From Candidatus Bathyarchaeia archaeon (GTDB taxonomy: Archaea; Thermoproteota; Bathyarchaeia; Bathyarchaeales; Bathycorpusculaceae), in NCBI GenBank assembly GCA_050012255.1, contig JBEKHN010000007.1:32001-96000 (forward strand): a DNA stretch of 64,000 nt, in the 5' to 3' direction. Positions 10,217 through 20,524 of this stretch are shown piece after piece. A program made the position numbers and the translations under genes. The notes below the pieces were generated by a model. It saw only the letters and a list, made by a program, of their open reading frames with translations, was not told the origin of the DNA and did not search any database. How positions within the stretch are numbered: position 1 is the first letter of the stretch; each line of letters opens with the position of its first letter.

Positions 10217-11146
10217 CTATTTCTTGTACCGGTAGCCTTTCCCGGTTCGCTCTCCGTAAATGATGATTAATAGCACAGAAACCCAGGCTGCAGCGTTTTG
10301 GAAAAGCAAGAATTTGTCAACATTGCCTAGGGTTGCTATTGGACTGATCAAGCTCCCAAGACCAACTCCTAGATTTCTGACACTTGGTGCAGCAGCAATC
10401 AGGGCGTTGTTTATGGAAGTGCTGATCCAGCCTATGGGCCCCAAAGCTTGGGCCACTCCATTCGCCCAGTTGTTCACCGAGATGACGAAGTTGCGCAACG
10501 AAGCGTCGCTCTGATAAGCGTTCGACACAAACCGAAAGATTGCCTGCGGGTAGGCCAAAAGAGAGAAAAGCAGGGTGAGAGCTGCAAAAGCCAGCAGTAC
10601 AATCAAGGCGCTTCTGACTGTGGCTCTTGCAAAGTGTATTCTTTCGGAAAGGTGAGAAATCCGCTTGATTTTCGGTAGCCTTGACTCTATCCTCCTAAAA
10701 TAGTTCCTTGCGGCGCGACATATTCTTGATGCTAGTCCCCTCTTTTCGACCCTCTGCCTTGGAAAGGTTTCAACCTTTCCTCTTCGTATCTCTCGTCGTC
10801 TCAATGATACCTTCTTGGTGAGGTACGTCCAGCTGAGTGCAAGCATGATTATGACGCAAATGGGGACCAGATGGAACGCTGGGCTTATCGCTATCGTCAC
10901 TGGCCAACTCGTCCCTGGAAAGTTGAAACTCCATTGCAAGACTGACGTGTCCTCAACGCCCAACCTCATGGCGTAGAGAACGACAAGAAACTCGATTAAA
11001 GCTGCCACTGCGAGAAACAGGATCAACGGAGTCAATCCTTTCAGTGTGGTCCAGCGGATCACTCGCCGTTTTTGTTCAGACTGCGTTTGCAAATATTTCA
11101 CCGCATGTTCTTGGCAGCGTTTTGGTTCAATTATGAAGATTCTCAT
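10217..11146 (-). CDS. Multi-pass membrane hypothetical protein
   Basis: Several TM segments with a basic loop; true start probably downstream. Confidence 0.75.
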   Translation of the reverse strand: MRIFIIEPKRCQEHAVKYLQTQSEQKRRVIRWTTLKGLTPLILFLAVAALIEFLVVLYAMRLGVEDTSVLQWSFNFPGTSWPVTIAISPAFHLVPICVIIMLALSWTYLTKKVSLRRREIRRGKVETFPRQRVEKRGLASRICRAARNYFRRIESRLPKIKRISHLSERIHFARATVRSALIVLLAFAALTLLFSLLAYPQAIFRFVSNAYQSDASLRNFVISVNNWANGVAQALGPIGWISTSINNALIAAAPSVRNLGVGLGSLISPIATLGNVDKFLLFQNAAAWVSVLLIIIYGERTGKGYRYKK

Positions 11147-11206
11147 TAAAAAATGTGACTGTGACCCAGCGGCCCCCGTGAATGTGCAGGAGATGACGGT
11201 ACGATC

Positions 11207-11389
11207 TTAGGTTTCGGTCAAAGGGAATTCGTGTCTGCACCTCGGGCATTTTGCCCCTGTGCAGTGCACTGAAGATGAGCAGCCTGAGCAGGCGAAAGCT
11301 CTACCGTAGGTTATGTCAAATGGGAAACCGCATCTTGGACAGCGAACCATTCGTCTGGGACCGGCGCTCACTCTAATCACTTTTTCCAT
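11207..11389 (-). CDS. Small multi-cysteine zinc-finger protein
   Basis: CPRC, CSGC, C, CPRC in ~60 aa. Confidence 0.75.
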   Translation of the reverse strand: MEKVIRVSAGPRRMVRCPRCGFPFDITYGRAFACSGCSSSVHCTGAKCPRCRHEFPLTET

Positions 11390-11521
11390 GTCTCGATCAA
11401 ACAAATTTTAAAAGCTTTCCTGGATATGTTTAAACGAGTGGAACTAGAAATAATCTCTGAAAGGAACTAAGCAGCTCGGTTAACTTGGAGTGGATTGTAC
11501 ACGTCGGGTAAAGCAGAAAGG

Positions 11522-12481
11522 ATGGAACTCTACAAAGATCGAAATACGCAAGTCCTACTGAACAAGTTCTTGAACGGTGAGATAAGCGAACTTCAACCAA
11601 TCTGTGATTCTAAGCTGGGATACCGGTACCCGACGATTGAGATAATTGCTGGAGACGCGTCAAGCGCTGAGTCATTTCTCAAGAAGCTTTACGAAGGTGG
11701 AATACTCGAGAGAATACTCTTTGACAAAGTTATCTTCTGCCCAAAGTGTGATTCAGCAAGTATTTCCATCCATTATTGTTGCCCTTACTGCAAATCTTTC
11801 GACATACGGAAAAGTTCCCTGATCGAGCACGTTAAGTGTGGATACATGGATGTCGAGGAAAACTTTCACAAAGATGACAAGCTCATCTGTCCAAAATGCA
11901 AAGATGAACTGAGAAAACCCGATGCTGATTACAGAAGAGCTGGAATATGGTGCACTTGCAAGGACTGCGGCAAGAGTTTCGACATCCCAGTTGCCGCACT
12001 TTTTTGCCGGGACTGCCATGGAAACTTCACTTACGAAGATGTGAAGGTCAAAGATGTGTACGCGTACAAGCTGAAGAAAGAGGCCAAAGAAGAAGCTGCT
12101 CTGGGCTGGGTTCTGATTGCGCCGATAAAAGAGTTTCTTGCAGAAAATGGGTTTCAGGTTGAAGGCCCCGCCTTTCTGAAAGGCAAATCCGGGGCTAATC
12201 ATATGTTCGACATAGTCGCTCGTAGGGGAGACACTGCAGAGAAAGTGACAGTCATTGATTTGGCAACGTCAACCGACACTGGCGTGACGGAACAGCCTGT
12301 CATCGCATTGTTTGCCAAGATGTTTGACGTTTCGCCAGAGGATGCATACCTTATCGCAATTCCGAAAATAAACGACAACGGAAAAAGAATAGCGGAATTA
12401 TACAAGATTCATCTGATTGAGGTGAAGGACCAGAAAGACGCAACGAAGATTCTCAAAGAAGAGCTGCATACCAAGAAATAG
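11522..12481 (+). CDS. TackOD1-like multi-zinc-ribbon protein with a C-terminal restriction-endonuclease-like domain
   Basis: YP...L..L...G.L....DK...CPKC...CPYC...LIEHVKCGY...CPKC pattern, then GKSG..H.FDIVA. Confidence 0.8.
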   Translation: MELYKDRNTQVLLNKFLNGEISELQPICDSKLGYRYPTIEIIAGDASSAESFLKKLYEGGILERILFDKVIFCPKCDSASISIHYCCPYCKSFDIRKSSLIEHVKCGYMDVEENFHKDDKLICPKCKDELRKPDADYRRAGIWCTCKDCGKSFDIPVAALFCRDCHGNFTYEDVKVKDVYAYKLKKEAKEEAALGWVLIAPIKEFLAENGFQVEGPAFLKGKSGANHMFDIVARRGDTAEKVTVIDLATSTDTGVTEQPVIALFAKMFDVSPEDAYLIAIPKINDNGKRIAELYKIHLIEVKDQKDATKILKEELHTKK

Positions 12482-12498
12482 AAATGTTCAAGCTGAAA

Positions 12499-14448
12499 CT
12501 AGGGGTTTTGCCAAGAGGGTTTGAACACTGAAACGGTTCCTCTTTCAGTAATGACCTTGACAATGGACGCGTTATAGACTAGGCCCATATCGCCGCGAGT
12601 GTAATTGACTGAATCTCCAGCGTTGATGAACAAGTTCATGTCATATCTTTGATGGATTGTTGTGCTATCTGCCCATAGAGAAACCAGATGAGCAGTCACG
12701 GAGCCCTTGTTCTGCAACGTAAACGTTGCTCCATCAACGATAACTGCTCTGACACCTAAGAAGTCAATGTCAACAGAAGTCTGATTAACATCCATTTGCT
12801 CGTCTTGTAATTTCACGTAGATGGTGCCGTTGTTAGTAATGTAGCTGCGGCACTGGTCGGTCAGATTGAGATCGTAAATGTCCCAGCCTGTAGTGGGTGT
12901 ATGACCCGCGGTAGAGTTGAAGCCGTTATCAGAGTATTCCCCCGCTGTCCAGTTAAAGGCTTTCAGATACCAGTTCTCACCTGAGTCATTTGCACGATAT
13001 CTCAATTGGATTTCAACAGTTTGAATGGAGGTGACAGGTATTGTGCCCAAATCGATAGTAAAGGTTCCGACAACTTCTAGCTTCTTGGATTGTCCGCCCT
13101 GAACCTCTTGTGCACCATAAGCAACTAAATTGTCTCTTCCGCTTTCGTAGCTAGCCTTGATCCACGCGTCGCTTCTTGCAACGTTGGAAATCCGCACTTC
13201 ATCAATGATGCCGTTCAAATAGCCTCCTGAATAAAAACAATAAGCGAGGTAAAGAGGTGCTGAATTGTAAACGATGTTTCCAGTCACTGTGTGAGTTGAG
13301 CCCACTTGCTGAGCATCTACAATATCCGTAATCTTTGAGCCGTCATATGTAAAAGTCCAATAATACCATGTGTCTGTCTGGAAAGGATAATTCTCATCAT
13401 TGGCCCCTGTCCACCCATCGGCACCGTCTGTTCTCACCAAGTTTCTTATGGCGTGTGAGTTTATGAAGCCAATCTGCCACTGATTGTCCTTTCTTGCAAT
13501 AACCGTTTCGGTGGTTGGCAAAGAGCTGAGTTTTACCCATGCTTCGATCGTGAGTTGGCTGTTTGTGAAGTCGATGCTTGGGCTGTCCTGTAACTGAACT
13601 CTACCATTTGTCCCGTTAAACGCGTCCGCACCGTCTATTTCGCCGGAAACGCCCTGTGTTACCCCACCTTGGGGAACCCCAACGTTGCTGTTCGAAGTCG
13701 AATCTTGATGAACGCCGCTGGACTCAGGCAGATGCAAGACAAGCCTAAAGTTGCTGTCCCACACGTTCATGGCAGCAGTTGAGGCTGCATCTCCCACATG
13801 CGCAGTATTGTCAGCTTGATTCTTGTCGTAATACAAATACAGTAGAGTGTCTTGTGAACTGCTTATACTGGGAACTTTGGTCCACAGCCACGCTTCTCTG
13901 TTGGTGGCATCCCATCTTTCAATCTCTACGAAGCACTGAGTTATGCCATCGTTTGTTGTGATTGCAATTTTCTTCCTGTTGTCGGCACTTTGCAACTCAT
14001 CGAACACGTAAGAAACGTCATTCCTGAACCTGCCAGAAGAATTGCTAAGGTATACCATTACCGGGAAATCGTTCAGCGGATTAACGATTTTACTGTGGTC
14101 AATTGTGATCCTAATTCGTTTGCTCCAGCCTCCTAGCCAACCTCCTCCAGAATAGCTTTCCCTGAACGTTTCGTAGTGACCATCAATGGCTTGAGTATCC
14201 ACATAGGACCCGCTTACGTGACTGCCAACATTAACGGCATATTCATTTTGAGCTACCGACCAGGAAGAACTGTCTGTTTTGGCTACGTTAACGATTTCAA
14301 CATTTTCTTGCATTCTTTCCCAGTCGAATTGATTCATCTGGTAACTCCACAAGATCACGTTAGAAACAATGATCACGACTAGAACCAGGCTTAGCATGAC
14401 GACTATCACGTTGCTTATTCCATGCTTATCCAGTCTAAGGCGCTTCAT
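12499..14448 (-). CDS. Large pilin-like adhesin with class III signal peptide and DUF2341 + LamG-like domains
   Basis: KHG/ISNVIVV cleavage motif; FPVMVYL...EIERWD...WTKVP...LYLYY; GIIDEVRISNVARS; C-terminal VKVITERG pilin-like strand. Confidence 0.85.
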   Translation of the reverse strand: MKRLRLDKHGISNVIVVMLSLVLVVIIVSNVILWSYQMNQFDWERMQENVEIVNVAKTDSSSWSVAQNEYAVNVGSHVSGSYVDTQAIDGHYETFRESYSGGGWLGGWSKRIRITIDHSKIVNPLNDFPVMVYLSNSSGRFRNDVSYVFDELQSADNRKKIAITTNDGITQCFVEIERWDATNREAWLWTKVPSISSSQDTLLYLYYDKNQADNTAHVGDAASTAAMNVWDSNFRLVLHLPESSGVHQDSTSNSNVGVPQGGVTQGVSGEIDGADAFNGTNGRVQLQDSPSIDFTNSQLTIEAWVKLSSLPTTETVIARKDNQWQIGFINSHAIRNLVRTDGADGWTGANDENYPFQTDTWYYWTFTYDGSKITDIVDAQQVGSTHTVTGNIVYNSAPLYLAYCFYSGGYLNGIIDEVRISNVARSDAWIKASYESGRDNLVAYGAQEVQGGQSKKLEVVGTFTIDLGTIPVTSIQTVEIQLRYRANDSGENWYLKAFNWTAGEYSDNGFNSTAGHTPTTGWDIYDLNLTDQCRSYITNNGTIYVKLQDEQMDVNQTSVDIDFLGVRAVIVDGATFTLQNKGSVTAHLVSLWADSTTIHQRYDMNLFINAGDSVNYTRGDMGLVYNASIVKVITERGTVSVFKPSWQNP

Positions 14449-14851
14449 AGTAAGCAACAACCTGTGTCCCCCTTGTGGTTAAAACATCAATGTAGTACAG
14501 GCTATGTGGAACCCAATTTTGGGAAATGTTCAGCCACTGGTGTTCGCTGATTTCCAGCCTTAAAGGGTTGGTGAAAGATTGAGAGGCGTTGTTGACATAG
14601 ACTGCAAGAATGTATACTGCAACCTTTCCAACATTTCGAACATAAATGTCAATATTATTGGTGTAATTGTTGAACCATACATCTTCCACGATTACGCGTT
14701 CACTCATGTTTTCACGCAGATTAGTCGTTATGACGTAAGTTGCTGATGTAGCAATCGCCATTGCAGCAACAGCGACGACTGTGAGCAAGAGATTGCTCAG
14801 AACAGGGGTTATACCCCGTTTATCGCTGAAGATCTTAAACAATCTCTGCAT
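14435..14851 (-). CDS. Archaeal type IV pilin
   Basis: KRG/ITPVLSNLLL class III signal peptide; YVRNVG; TTRG. Confidence 0.9.
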   Translation of the reverse strand: MQRLFKIFSDKRGITPVLSNLLLTVVAVAAMAIATSATYVITTNLRENMSERVIVEDVWFNNYTNNIDIYVRNVGKVAVYILAVYVNNASQSFTNPLRLEISEHQWLNISQNWVPHSLYYIDVLTTRGTQVVAYYEAP

Positions 14852-14861
14852 TTTCTTACCT

Positions 14862-15689
14862 CTACAAGAAGAGTTTCAATGCCAGGTAACCACAGATCAT
14901 CAGTATTAAGCAATGTTTCAACCCAGCGTTGATTGTCCCCTCCCCCATTTTTCCAGCTACAAGTCCTCCGAAAAAGGCTTGAACTAATGTCATGTGGAAG
15001 AACATGCGCCTCATTTCTTCAGGCGCCATAAGCGCTGTTCCCAGCGTTGGCAACTGTTCTATGCTTACGAAGAACGACTTAAAGAGTAGCAGTATTGTGA
15101 AGATGAAAACGAAGAAGGCCACGTAGACTATTGCTATGTAGGGTCTTGCTTGAATCTTGCGCTCCTTGTCGAGTAGAAGCGTTGTCTGTATGAATTTTCC
15201 CATCGGTTCAAAGACTTTTTCAACGTGTCCTCCAGAACGGCTTGCCTCGAGTATCATGGGCACTGTTCTTTGCACTAGTACTGTGCTGACACGTTTTCCC
15301 AGGGCCACAAGAGCATCTTCAAAACTCATTCCCCACGAGATTTGCGCGGTCATTTTTCTCAACTCTGCAGTAAGCGGTCCATAGTCTCTTTTTGCAGCTT
15401 CCTCTAAGGCTTGAGGAAGCGTCATGCCTGTTTCTTGCGCTTGAACTATTGTTCTGAACAGGTCTGGCAAGTGTTCATCTATGGCCTTTCTCCACATGTA
15501 ATCAACGTAGGTCAGGATTGCAGGAGGAAAGATGCCCACAGTGATCGCGAAGAACACTAACTCGTCCAATGTTGCGGTTCCCCAGAATACGAAAACGCCG
15601 AATGAAACTATGGCTATGGCTAGCGCAGCTGAGACTATCCATGTGATTTGCTTCACCTTTGTCCTTATTTTTGGCATTTTCACTACCAT
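14862..15689 (-). CDS. Type II secretion system F-family pilus platform protein (TadC/PilC-like)
   Basis: LPDLFR...GMTL..AL; YGPLT; GLVAGKMGEG...GLKH. Confidence 0.92.
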   Translation of the reverse strand: MVVKMPKIRTKVKQITWIVSAALAIAIVSFGVFVFWGTATLDELVFFAITVGIFPPAILTYVDYMWRKAIDEHLPDLFRTIVQAQETGMTLPQALEEAAKRDYGPLTAELRKMTAQISWGMSFEDALVALGKRVSTVLVQRTVPMILEASRSGGHVEKVFEPMGKFIQTTLLLDKERKIQARPYIAIVYVAFFVFIFTILLLFKSFFVSIEQLPTLGTALMAPEEMRRMFFHMTLVQAFFGGLVAGKMGEGTINAGLKHCLILMICGYLALKLFL

Positions 15690-16693
15690 TTCGGTGATGT
15701 CGCATCAAGGATAATTAGGAATATTACAGAGCCTAACGGTATTCCTACGTACGTGAGCAGGCTCAGTAGGACGTCTGGGCTCAGGAATCCCAGGCTGCTA
15801 TTACCAAGCATGGCCATTACTGTCAACATGATGACTAGCATCAGGGGGCCTGTGAGAAGAACGGCCACGTAAAACTCTGACAACATTGACAAGGTGTCCG
15901 CATATTTCTTGAGACCTATCCTCTTCAGCTTCATGTACTGCGCGGATTTTTCGCGCAGGTAACTCGCTAAATTGCCGCCAGAGTGAATCATCGAGATAAA
16001 TCCTTCAATCATCTCGCGGAATCTTGCGGAAGGTGTTCGTTTCGAGGCGTCTTCGAGGGCAGAGATTATGTCGCAACCAAATAGGTTTACGTCTCTTACA
16101 ACATCTTTGGCCTGCGCGGAGACGGCTAGAGCAACGGGAAGATTTGCGAGAGAGCTGAAAATGTTCTCAGGAGAAACGCCTGCGCTTGTGAGGATCGCCA
16201 TGTACCCCGTCGTGAATGGTAGCTCGTCTTCTAACTGTCTTTTTGTAGCGTCTGCACGATAAATGGGGTAACCGTAGAATCCTATGGTTGTGAGGGCAAT
16301 TGCTAGAAGGCTGCCACCTAGTCCGAACAGAATGGCTGGTATGAGGCTCACGTTGAGTAGAAAGAAGAGTAGGCATGGAACAGCAGTCAGGATTGCAAGG
16401 AAGAGCGAGATCGTGCAAAACACTGTTAGAGTGACGTAAGCTTTGAAGTTGACCTTCAGCCCTGATCTTTGCAAGTTTGTGTCAAGATCCTTGAAAAGCG
16501 GCAAGATACGTCCTGTCTTTTCTCCGAAGAGTTCGTAAGCTATCCTTTGGAGGCTGCCCAAGGTCAGCTTGACCTTTGCTTGCGGGGTATCGGATGTGTT
16601 ACTGGGCACCTTGAAAGCAGAAGGTCTTAGTCTTGCTTTGAGCCAATTGAAAACTGTCTTGACTCTTTCTAAAAGAGTGTGTGTCGTTTTCAT
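15683..16693 (-). CDS. Type II secretion system F-family pilus platform protein (TadB/C-like)
   Basis: ELPF...MAIL..AG; G.DII.ALE...RTPS; SGGNL. Confidence 0.92.
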   Translation of the reverse strand: MKTTHTLLERVKTVFNWLKARLRPSAFKVPSNTSDTPQAKVKLTLGSLQRIAYELFGEKTGRILPLFKDLDTNLQRSGLKVNFKAYVTLTVFCTISLFLAILTAVPCLLFFLLNVSLIPAILFGLGGSLLAIALTTIGFYGYPIYRADATKRQLEDELPFTTGYMAILTSAGVSPENIFSSLANLPVALAVSAQAKDVVRDVNLFGCDIISALEDASKRTPSARFREMIEGFISMIHSGGNLASYLREKSAQYMKLKRIGLKKYADTLSMLSEFYVAVLLTGPLMLVIMLTVMAMLGNSSLGFLSPDVLLSLLTYVGIPLGSVIFLIILDATSPKW

Positions 16694-18258
16694 TTGAGGC
16701 CAACTCTGGCTTTTTGGAAAACCCTCTCTGGATTAGCGTAATACTCTCTGATTATGTTTGCAACGTCGGTGTATCGTCGAATGCCTTCACGGGTCGCCCA
16801 GTCCAGAACCATCTGTCTTCGGTTCAGCTCGCGCTTAACATCTTCTTGATTGATGCCCAACTTGTTCATGTGTCTCTCTAGAAGGACGCTGTTGCCGAGA
16901 GACGAGAACTTATCAAACTTGGGATTCCAACTGAACATCTCTTTCGTTGAAATATTGCTTTTTTCAGGGTTCAGTTCAACGACTTCTGCGGTTGCGCTAG
17001 CTCTTCTTGCTGGTCTTCCGTCAATCTCTGTTCTGGTCATGACCATGATCACGCTTGTCATTGCAATAAGCGGTTTCGGAATGTTCATCGGTTCAGATTC
17101 AAGCCGGTTTATGGCAGCTTCAACCGATTCTGCATGTATTGTAGACATTCCCAGGTGTCCTGTTGCCATCGCTTGAAAAAGGGTGTATGCCTCGTCTCCA
17201 CGAACCTCGCCCACGATAATGTAGTCGGGTCTCTGTCTAACAGCAGCTTTCAGGAGATCGAACATGGTTATCGTACCGCTTCTCTTATCTTCATGTCCAA
17301 AGCCTAACCTTACAACTGATGGTATCCAATTTTCGTGTGGGAGATTGAGTTCTTGCGTGTCTTCCACACTCACTACTTTCATTTCAGGTTTTATGAACAT
17401 TGACAGACAATTGAGCATGGTTGTTTTTCCAGAGGCCACACCGCCCGCCACGAGCACTGAGGCTCTGTTTTCTATTATGTACCACAGGTATGCAGCCATT
17501 TCCGAAGAAATGGTATTGAACGCGATTAGGTCTGAGATTGTCAACGGGTCTACCCTGAAGCGGCGAATAGTGAACGTTGACCCTCTTCTTGTGACCTCTT
17601 TCCCATACGTTAGCTGAATTCGGCTGCCGTCTGGAAGCGAAGCGTCTAGCATTGGTGATGCTATGGAAACGTTCTTCCTAGATAGGTATGCCAGACGAAC
17701 TATGAATGAGTCCAGTTCTGATTCTTCTTTGAATATGATGTTTGTTGGTATTGATTCATACATTCTGTGCCAGACATAGATCGGTATGTTCACGCCGTCC
17801 GCGGATATGTCTTCAATGAGATGGTCCTTCATTAAGGGGTCAATTCTTCCATAGCCTATGAAGTCCCTTACGACGTAGTAAACTAGCTTGTCGACCGCTT
17901 CTGGCACGATCTTCATTCTGTACTTCTTTACTATTCCCTTTGTCCTTTCTCTAAGGTAATCTTCTGCTTTGTCTTTAGTTTCTATTTCATTCGAGTTTAC
18001 GTCAACTTCCTGCATCAAGAAGCTCTTCAGCTCTTTCAGTTGTTTCTCTTCTTCTTCTTGAAGTGTTGGCTCTATGATTTCGTAACGCACTTTCTGAGTT
18101 TCTGGGTCTTTGATTATTGCCGCGTACACGTATGGTTCTTGTATTGGATAGGCCTCTCTAAAGACAGCCAGCTTCTTTGCTTGGCCCTCTATGATGACGC
18201 CTGGCGACGCTTCCTCTCGACTGTTTGAGGGCTTTGCCTGTTCTGTCGTAGTTTTCAC
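16690..18258 (-). CDS. Type IV pilus assembly ATPase (TadA/PilB/ArlI family)
   Basis: GGVASGKTT Walker A, VSVEDTQE, RQRPDYIIVGEVRG, ATGH...TIHA; start inferred from TATA at ~18295. Confidence 0.95.
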   Translation of the reverse strand: MKTTTEQAKPSNSREEASPGVIIEGQAKKLAVFREAYPIQEPYVYAAIIKDPETQKVRYEIIEPTLQEEEEKQLKELKSFLMQEVDVNSNEIETKDKAEDYLRERTKGIVKKYRMKIVPEAVDKLVYYVVRDFIGYGRIDPLMKDHLIEDISADGVNIPIYVWHRMYESIPTNIIFKEESELDSFIVRLAYLSRKNVSIASPMLDASLPDGSRIQLTYGKEVTRRGSTFTIRRFRVDPLTISDLIAFNTISSEMAAYLWYIIENRASVLVAGGVASGKTTMLNCLSMFIKPEMKVVSVEDTQELNLPHENWIPSVVRLGFGHEDKRSGTITMFDLLKAAVRQRPDYIIVGEVRGDEAYTLFQAMATGHLGMSTIHAESVEAAINRLESEPMNIPKPLIAMTSVIMVMTRTEIDGRPARRASATAEVVELNPEKSNISTKEMFSWNPKFDKFSSLGNSVLLERHMNKLGINQEDVKRELNRRQMVLDWATREGIRRYTDVANIIREYYANPERVFQKARVGLK

Positions 18259-18406
18259 TGCCCTTTTGGGTTTACAGTCTATAGTGGTGTTGAATATATA
18301 TTGTGTAGTGAGTCTTAATAAGTTATATGCACGCCCAATCCTTAGCACACTTATCGCAGGTCAACCTTAATAGAAGCAGAGCGCACGTGTTGTTTTAGGG
18401 CTTCGG

Positions 18407-18730
18407 ATGACTGGGGTCACAGAAGACGCCGAGCGCGTGCGAAGACCAAAGTTGCCAAAGCGAAGATTGCTCAGAAGGCAGAGAAAGAGGCTCAAGTGTG
18501 CCCATGACGGTGGACAAGAGATCAAGCCAAAGCGGACTGGTTACAAGCGAGGCATGTTGTTTTGTCCGCAGTGTGGTTCAACGAATCTCTTCTGGGCTTC
18601 TGGCCTGCCGCATCTTTGGTCCATCTGGGAATGCAAGAACTGTGGATATCGCGGAGCTTTCATTGTCAGAAATGGCAAGCTTGCAGAGAAAGTCAGAGAG
18701 AACTATGGGAAAAGGACCGCAAAAGAATAG
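18407..18730 (+). CDS. Small zinc-ribbon protein
   Basis: FCPQCGS...WECKNCGYRG; true start may be downstream. Confidence 0.65.
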   Translation: MTGVTEDAERVRRPKLPKRRLLRRQRKRLKCAHDGGQEIKPKRTGYKRGMLFCPQCGSTNLFWASGLPHLWSIWECKNCGYRGAFIVRNGKLAEKVRENYGKRTAKE

Positions 18731-18875
18731 AGCTTACTGTGCTTTGATGCGAGGTTTCGAGTTTTTGTTCTGTTGTTGTGTGTCTGCGCTTCAGGTCTTC
18801 CTCGGTTCGTCTAAGCCGACGGCGCCCTCTCCTCTGCTGCTGCTGACCGTTTCGATTGGCTAATCGAAACACCCT

Positions 18876-19703
18876 TCACGCAAGAGTTAAGATTGAAAGC
18901 TTTGTGGCTCCAAGAGTTCTTCTTAGGAGGTCGTATACTGATGGAATTCCTACGAATAAGCGAACGTAGACTGCTGATACCAAAATTATGATCGTTAAGA
19001 TTATGAGGATGAAATCGCCCCTGTGCATTCTGAGCACGTAAAGGTTGGTGCGGTTTTTTGTGGCTCCCCAAGCGCGGGATTCCATGGCTTCGGCTAATTC
19101 CAAGCTTCTACGGATCGCGCTTACGATCAGCGGTATGAGGATCGGAATGTAGTTTCTGATCCTTTTTAGAAAGTTTCCGCGTTCAAGCTCCAGTCCTCTT
19201 GCTTTTTGGGCGTCCATGATTGTCTGTGCCTCCTCAGCCAGCACTGGGACAAAGCGTACTGCGGTTGTGAAGGCGAAGACGAACTCGTAAGGCACGTGTG
19301 TCTGTTCCAACGCTAGACCCAGGTGGTCAGGCGAGGTCGTCAGGAAGAAGACTGAGAATGACTCAACAAGCACTATGAAGCGGAGAGTCAGGGCTATGGC
19401 CCCTTCGGCGTTTTTAGGTGTGACTGTGTAGCCGGCTCCGATGAATGAGAAGATGAAGTTTGTGAGGAAAATCACGATGGCCAAGAAGGCTGCTCCGCGC
19501 ATTGAGCGCAGCCACTCGCGTCTGACGCCTGCAAGAATTACGAATGGGACCTGGATCAGGAAGAGCACGATTAGAGGTAGCAGTTCCCAAAAGATGATCG
19601 CGGCGACGAAGATTGCGCAGACGTAGAGAAACTTTATCCTCGGGTCTAGGCTGTGGATGGGTGAGTAGATTTTTCGAAACTTGAGTCCGGTGAAAACGCT
19701 CAT
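18876..19703 (-). CDS. ecfT: ECF transporter T component
   Basis: LDPRIK, AVRFVP, AQKARG, AMESR motifs. Confidence 0.95.
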   Translation of the reverse strand: MSVFTGLKFRKIYSPIHSLDPRIKFLYVCAIFVAAIIFWELLPLIVLFLIQVPFVILAGVRREWLRSMRGAAFLAIVIFLTNFIFSFIGAGYTVTPKNAEGAIALTLRFIVLVESFSVFFLTTSPDHLGLALEQTHVPYEFVFAFTTAVRFVPVLAEEAQTIMDAQKARGLELERGNFLKRIRNYIPILIPLIVSAIRRSLELAEAMESRAWGATKNRTNLYVLRMHRGDFILIILTIIILVSAVYVRLFVGIPSVYDLLRRTLGATKLSILTLA

Positions 19704-20524
19704 GTTGCGCGTTTCTCCAGAATCCGAAGGAGGATTCTCTGCGCCTCGTAGACGTCGATCACGTTCTTCGGAAGGCCTAGACCAGGCAGGTCCAAGAAAA
19801 TTTGAGCTATTTGCGGTGGCACGATTGATGCTCGTTCCAAGGTTTGCGCATCGGTCAGGATTTTTCCAGCCTCTCCGTCAGCGATGATTTTTCCGTCCAG
19901 CATCAGCACGACTCTTGGGTTGCATTCAGCCACAAACTCGACATCATGCGTAACGATGATCGTTGTTTTCTTCTGAGTTTTCATTTGCAGGATGAACTGT
20001 CTCAGTTTCTCCTTCTGCTCATAATCCTGTCCTATCGTTGGTTCGTCTAGTATCAGCGTTTCAGGGTCCCAGGCTAACACTGAGGCCAAGGCCACACGTT
20101 TTCTTTCTCCGCCGCTGAGCATGAAGGGTGAGGTTTTTCTGTACTGGGTTAGGCCTAGAAGGTTAAGGGCCCAAGTTATCCGTTTTTCAGTTATGTTTTC
20201 GTCAAACCCGAAATTTCTCAATGCGAAGGCGATTTCTTCTTCCACTGTTTCACTGAAGAGCTGATGATCTGGGTTTTGGAAGACGAAGCCGACGTTTCGA
20301 GATAGCTTTGCCACGCTTGTTTTTGCAGTGTCAACGCTATCAACGAGCACACTTCCTTGACTTGGTTTGAGTAAGCCGTTGAAATGCTTCACAAGTGTCG
20401 TCTTGCCAGCGCCGTTCTGCCCCATGATTGCCAAAAAATCGCCGTTTTCAATCTTTAAAGATACGCCTTTCAATGCTTCCACGCCGTTTGGGTACGTGAA
20501 ATGGATGTCGTTCACTTCGATCAT
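19700..20524 (-). CDS. ecfA2: ECF transporter ATPase
   Basis: GQNGAGKTT, FQNPDHQLF, LSGGE, LDEPT. Confidence 0.93.
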   Translation of the reverse strand: MIEVNDIHFTYPNGVEALKGVSLKIENGDFLAIMGQNGAGKTTLVKHFNGLLKPSQGSVLVDSVDTAKTSVAKLSRNVGFVFQNPDHQLFSETVEEEIAFALRNFGFDENITEKRITWALNLLGLTQYRKTSPFMLSGGERKRVALASVLAWDPETLILDEPTIGQDYEQKEKLRQFILQMKTQKKTTIIVTHDVEFVAECNPRVVLMLDGKIIADGEAGKILTDAQTLERASIVPPQIAQIFLDLPGLGLPKNVIDVYEAQRILLRILEKRAT

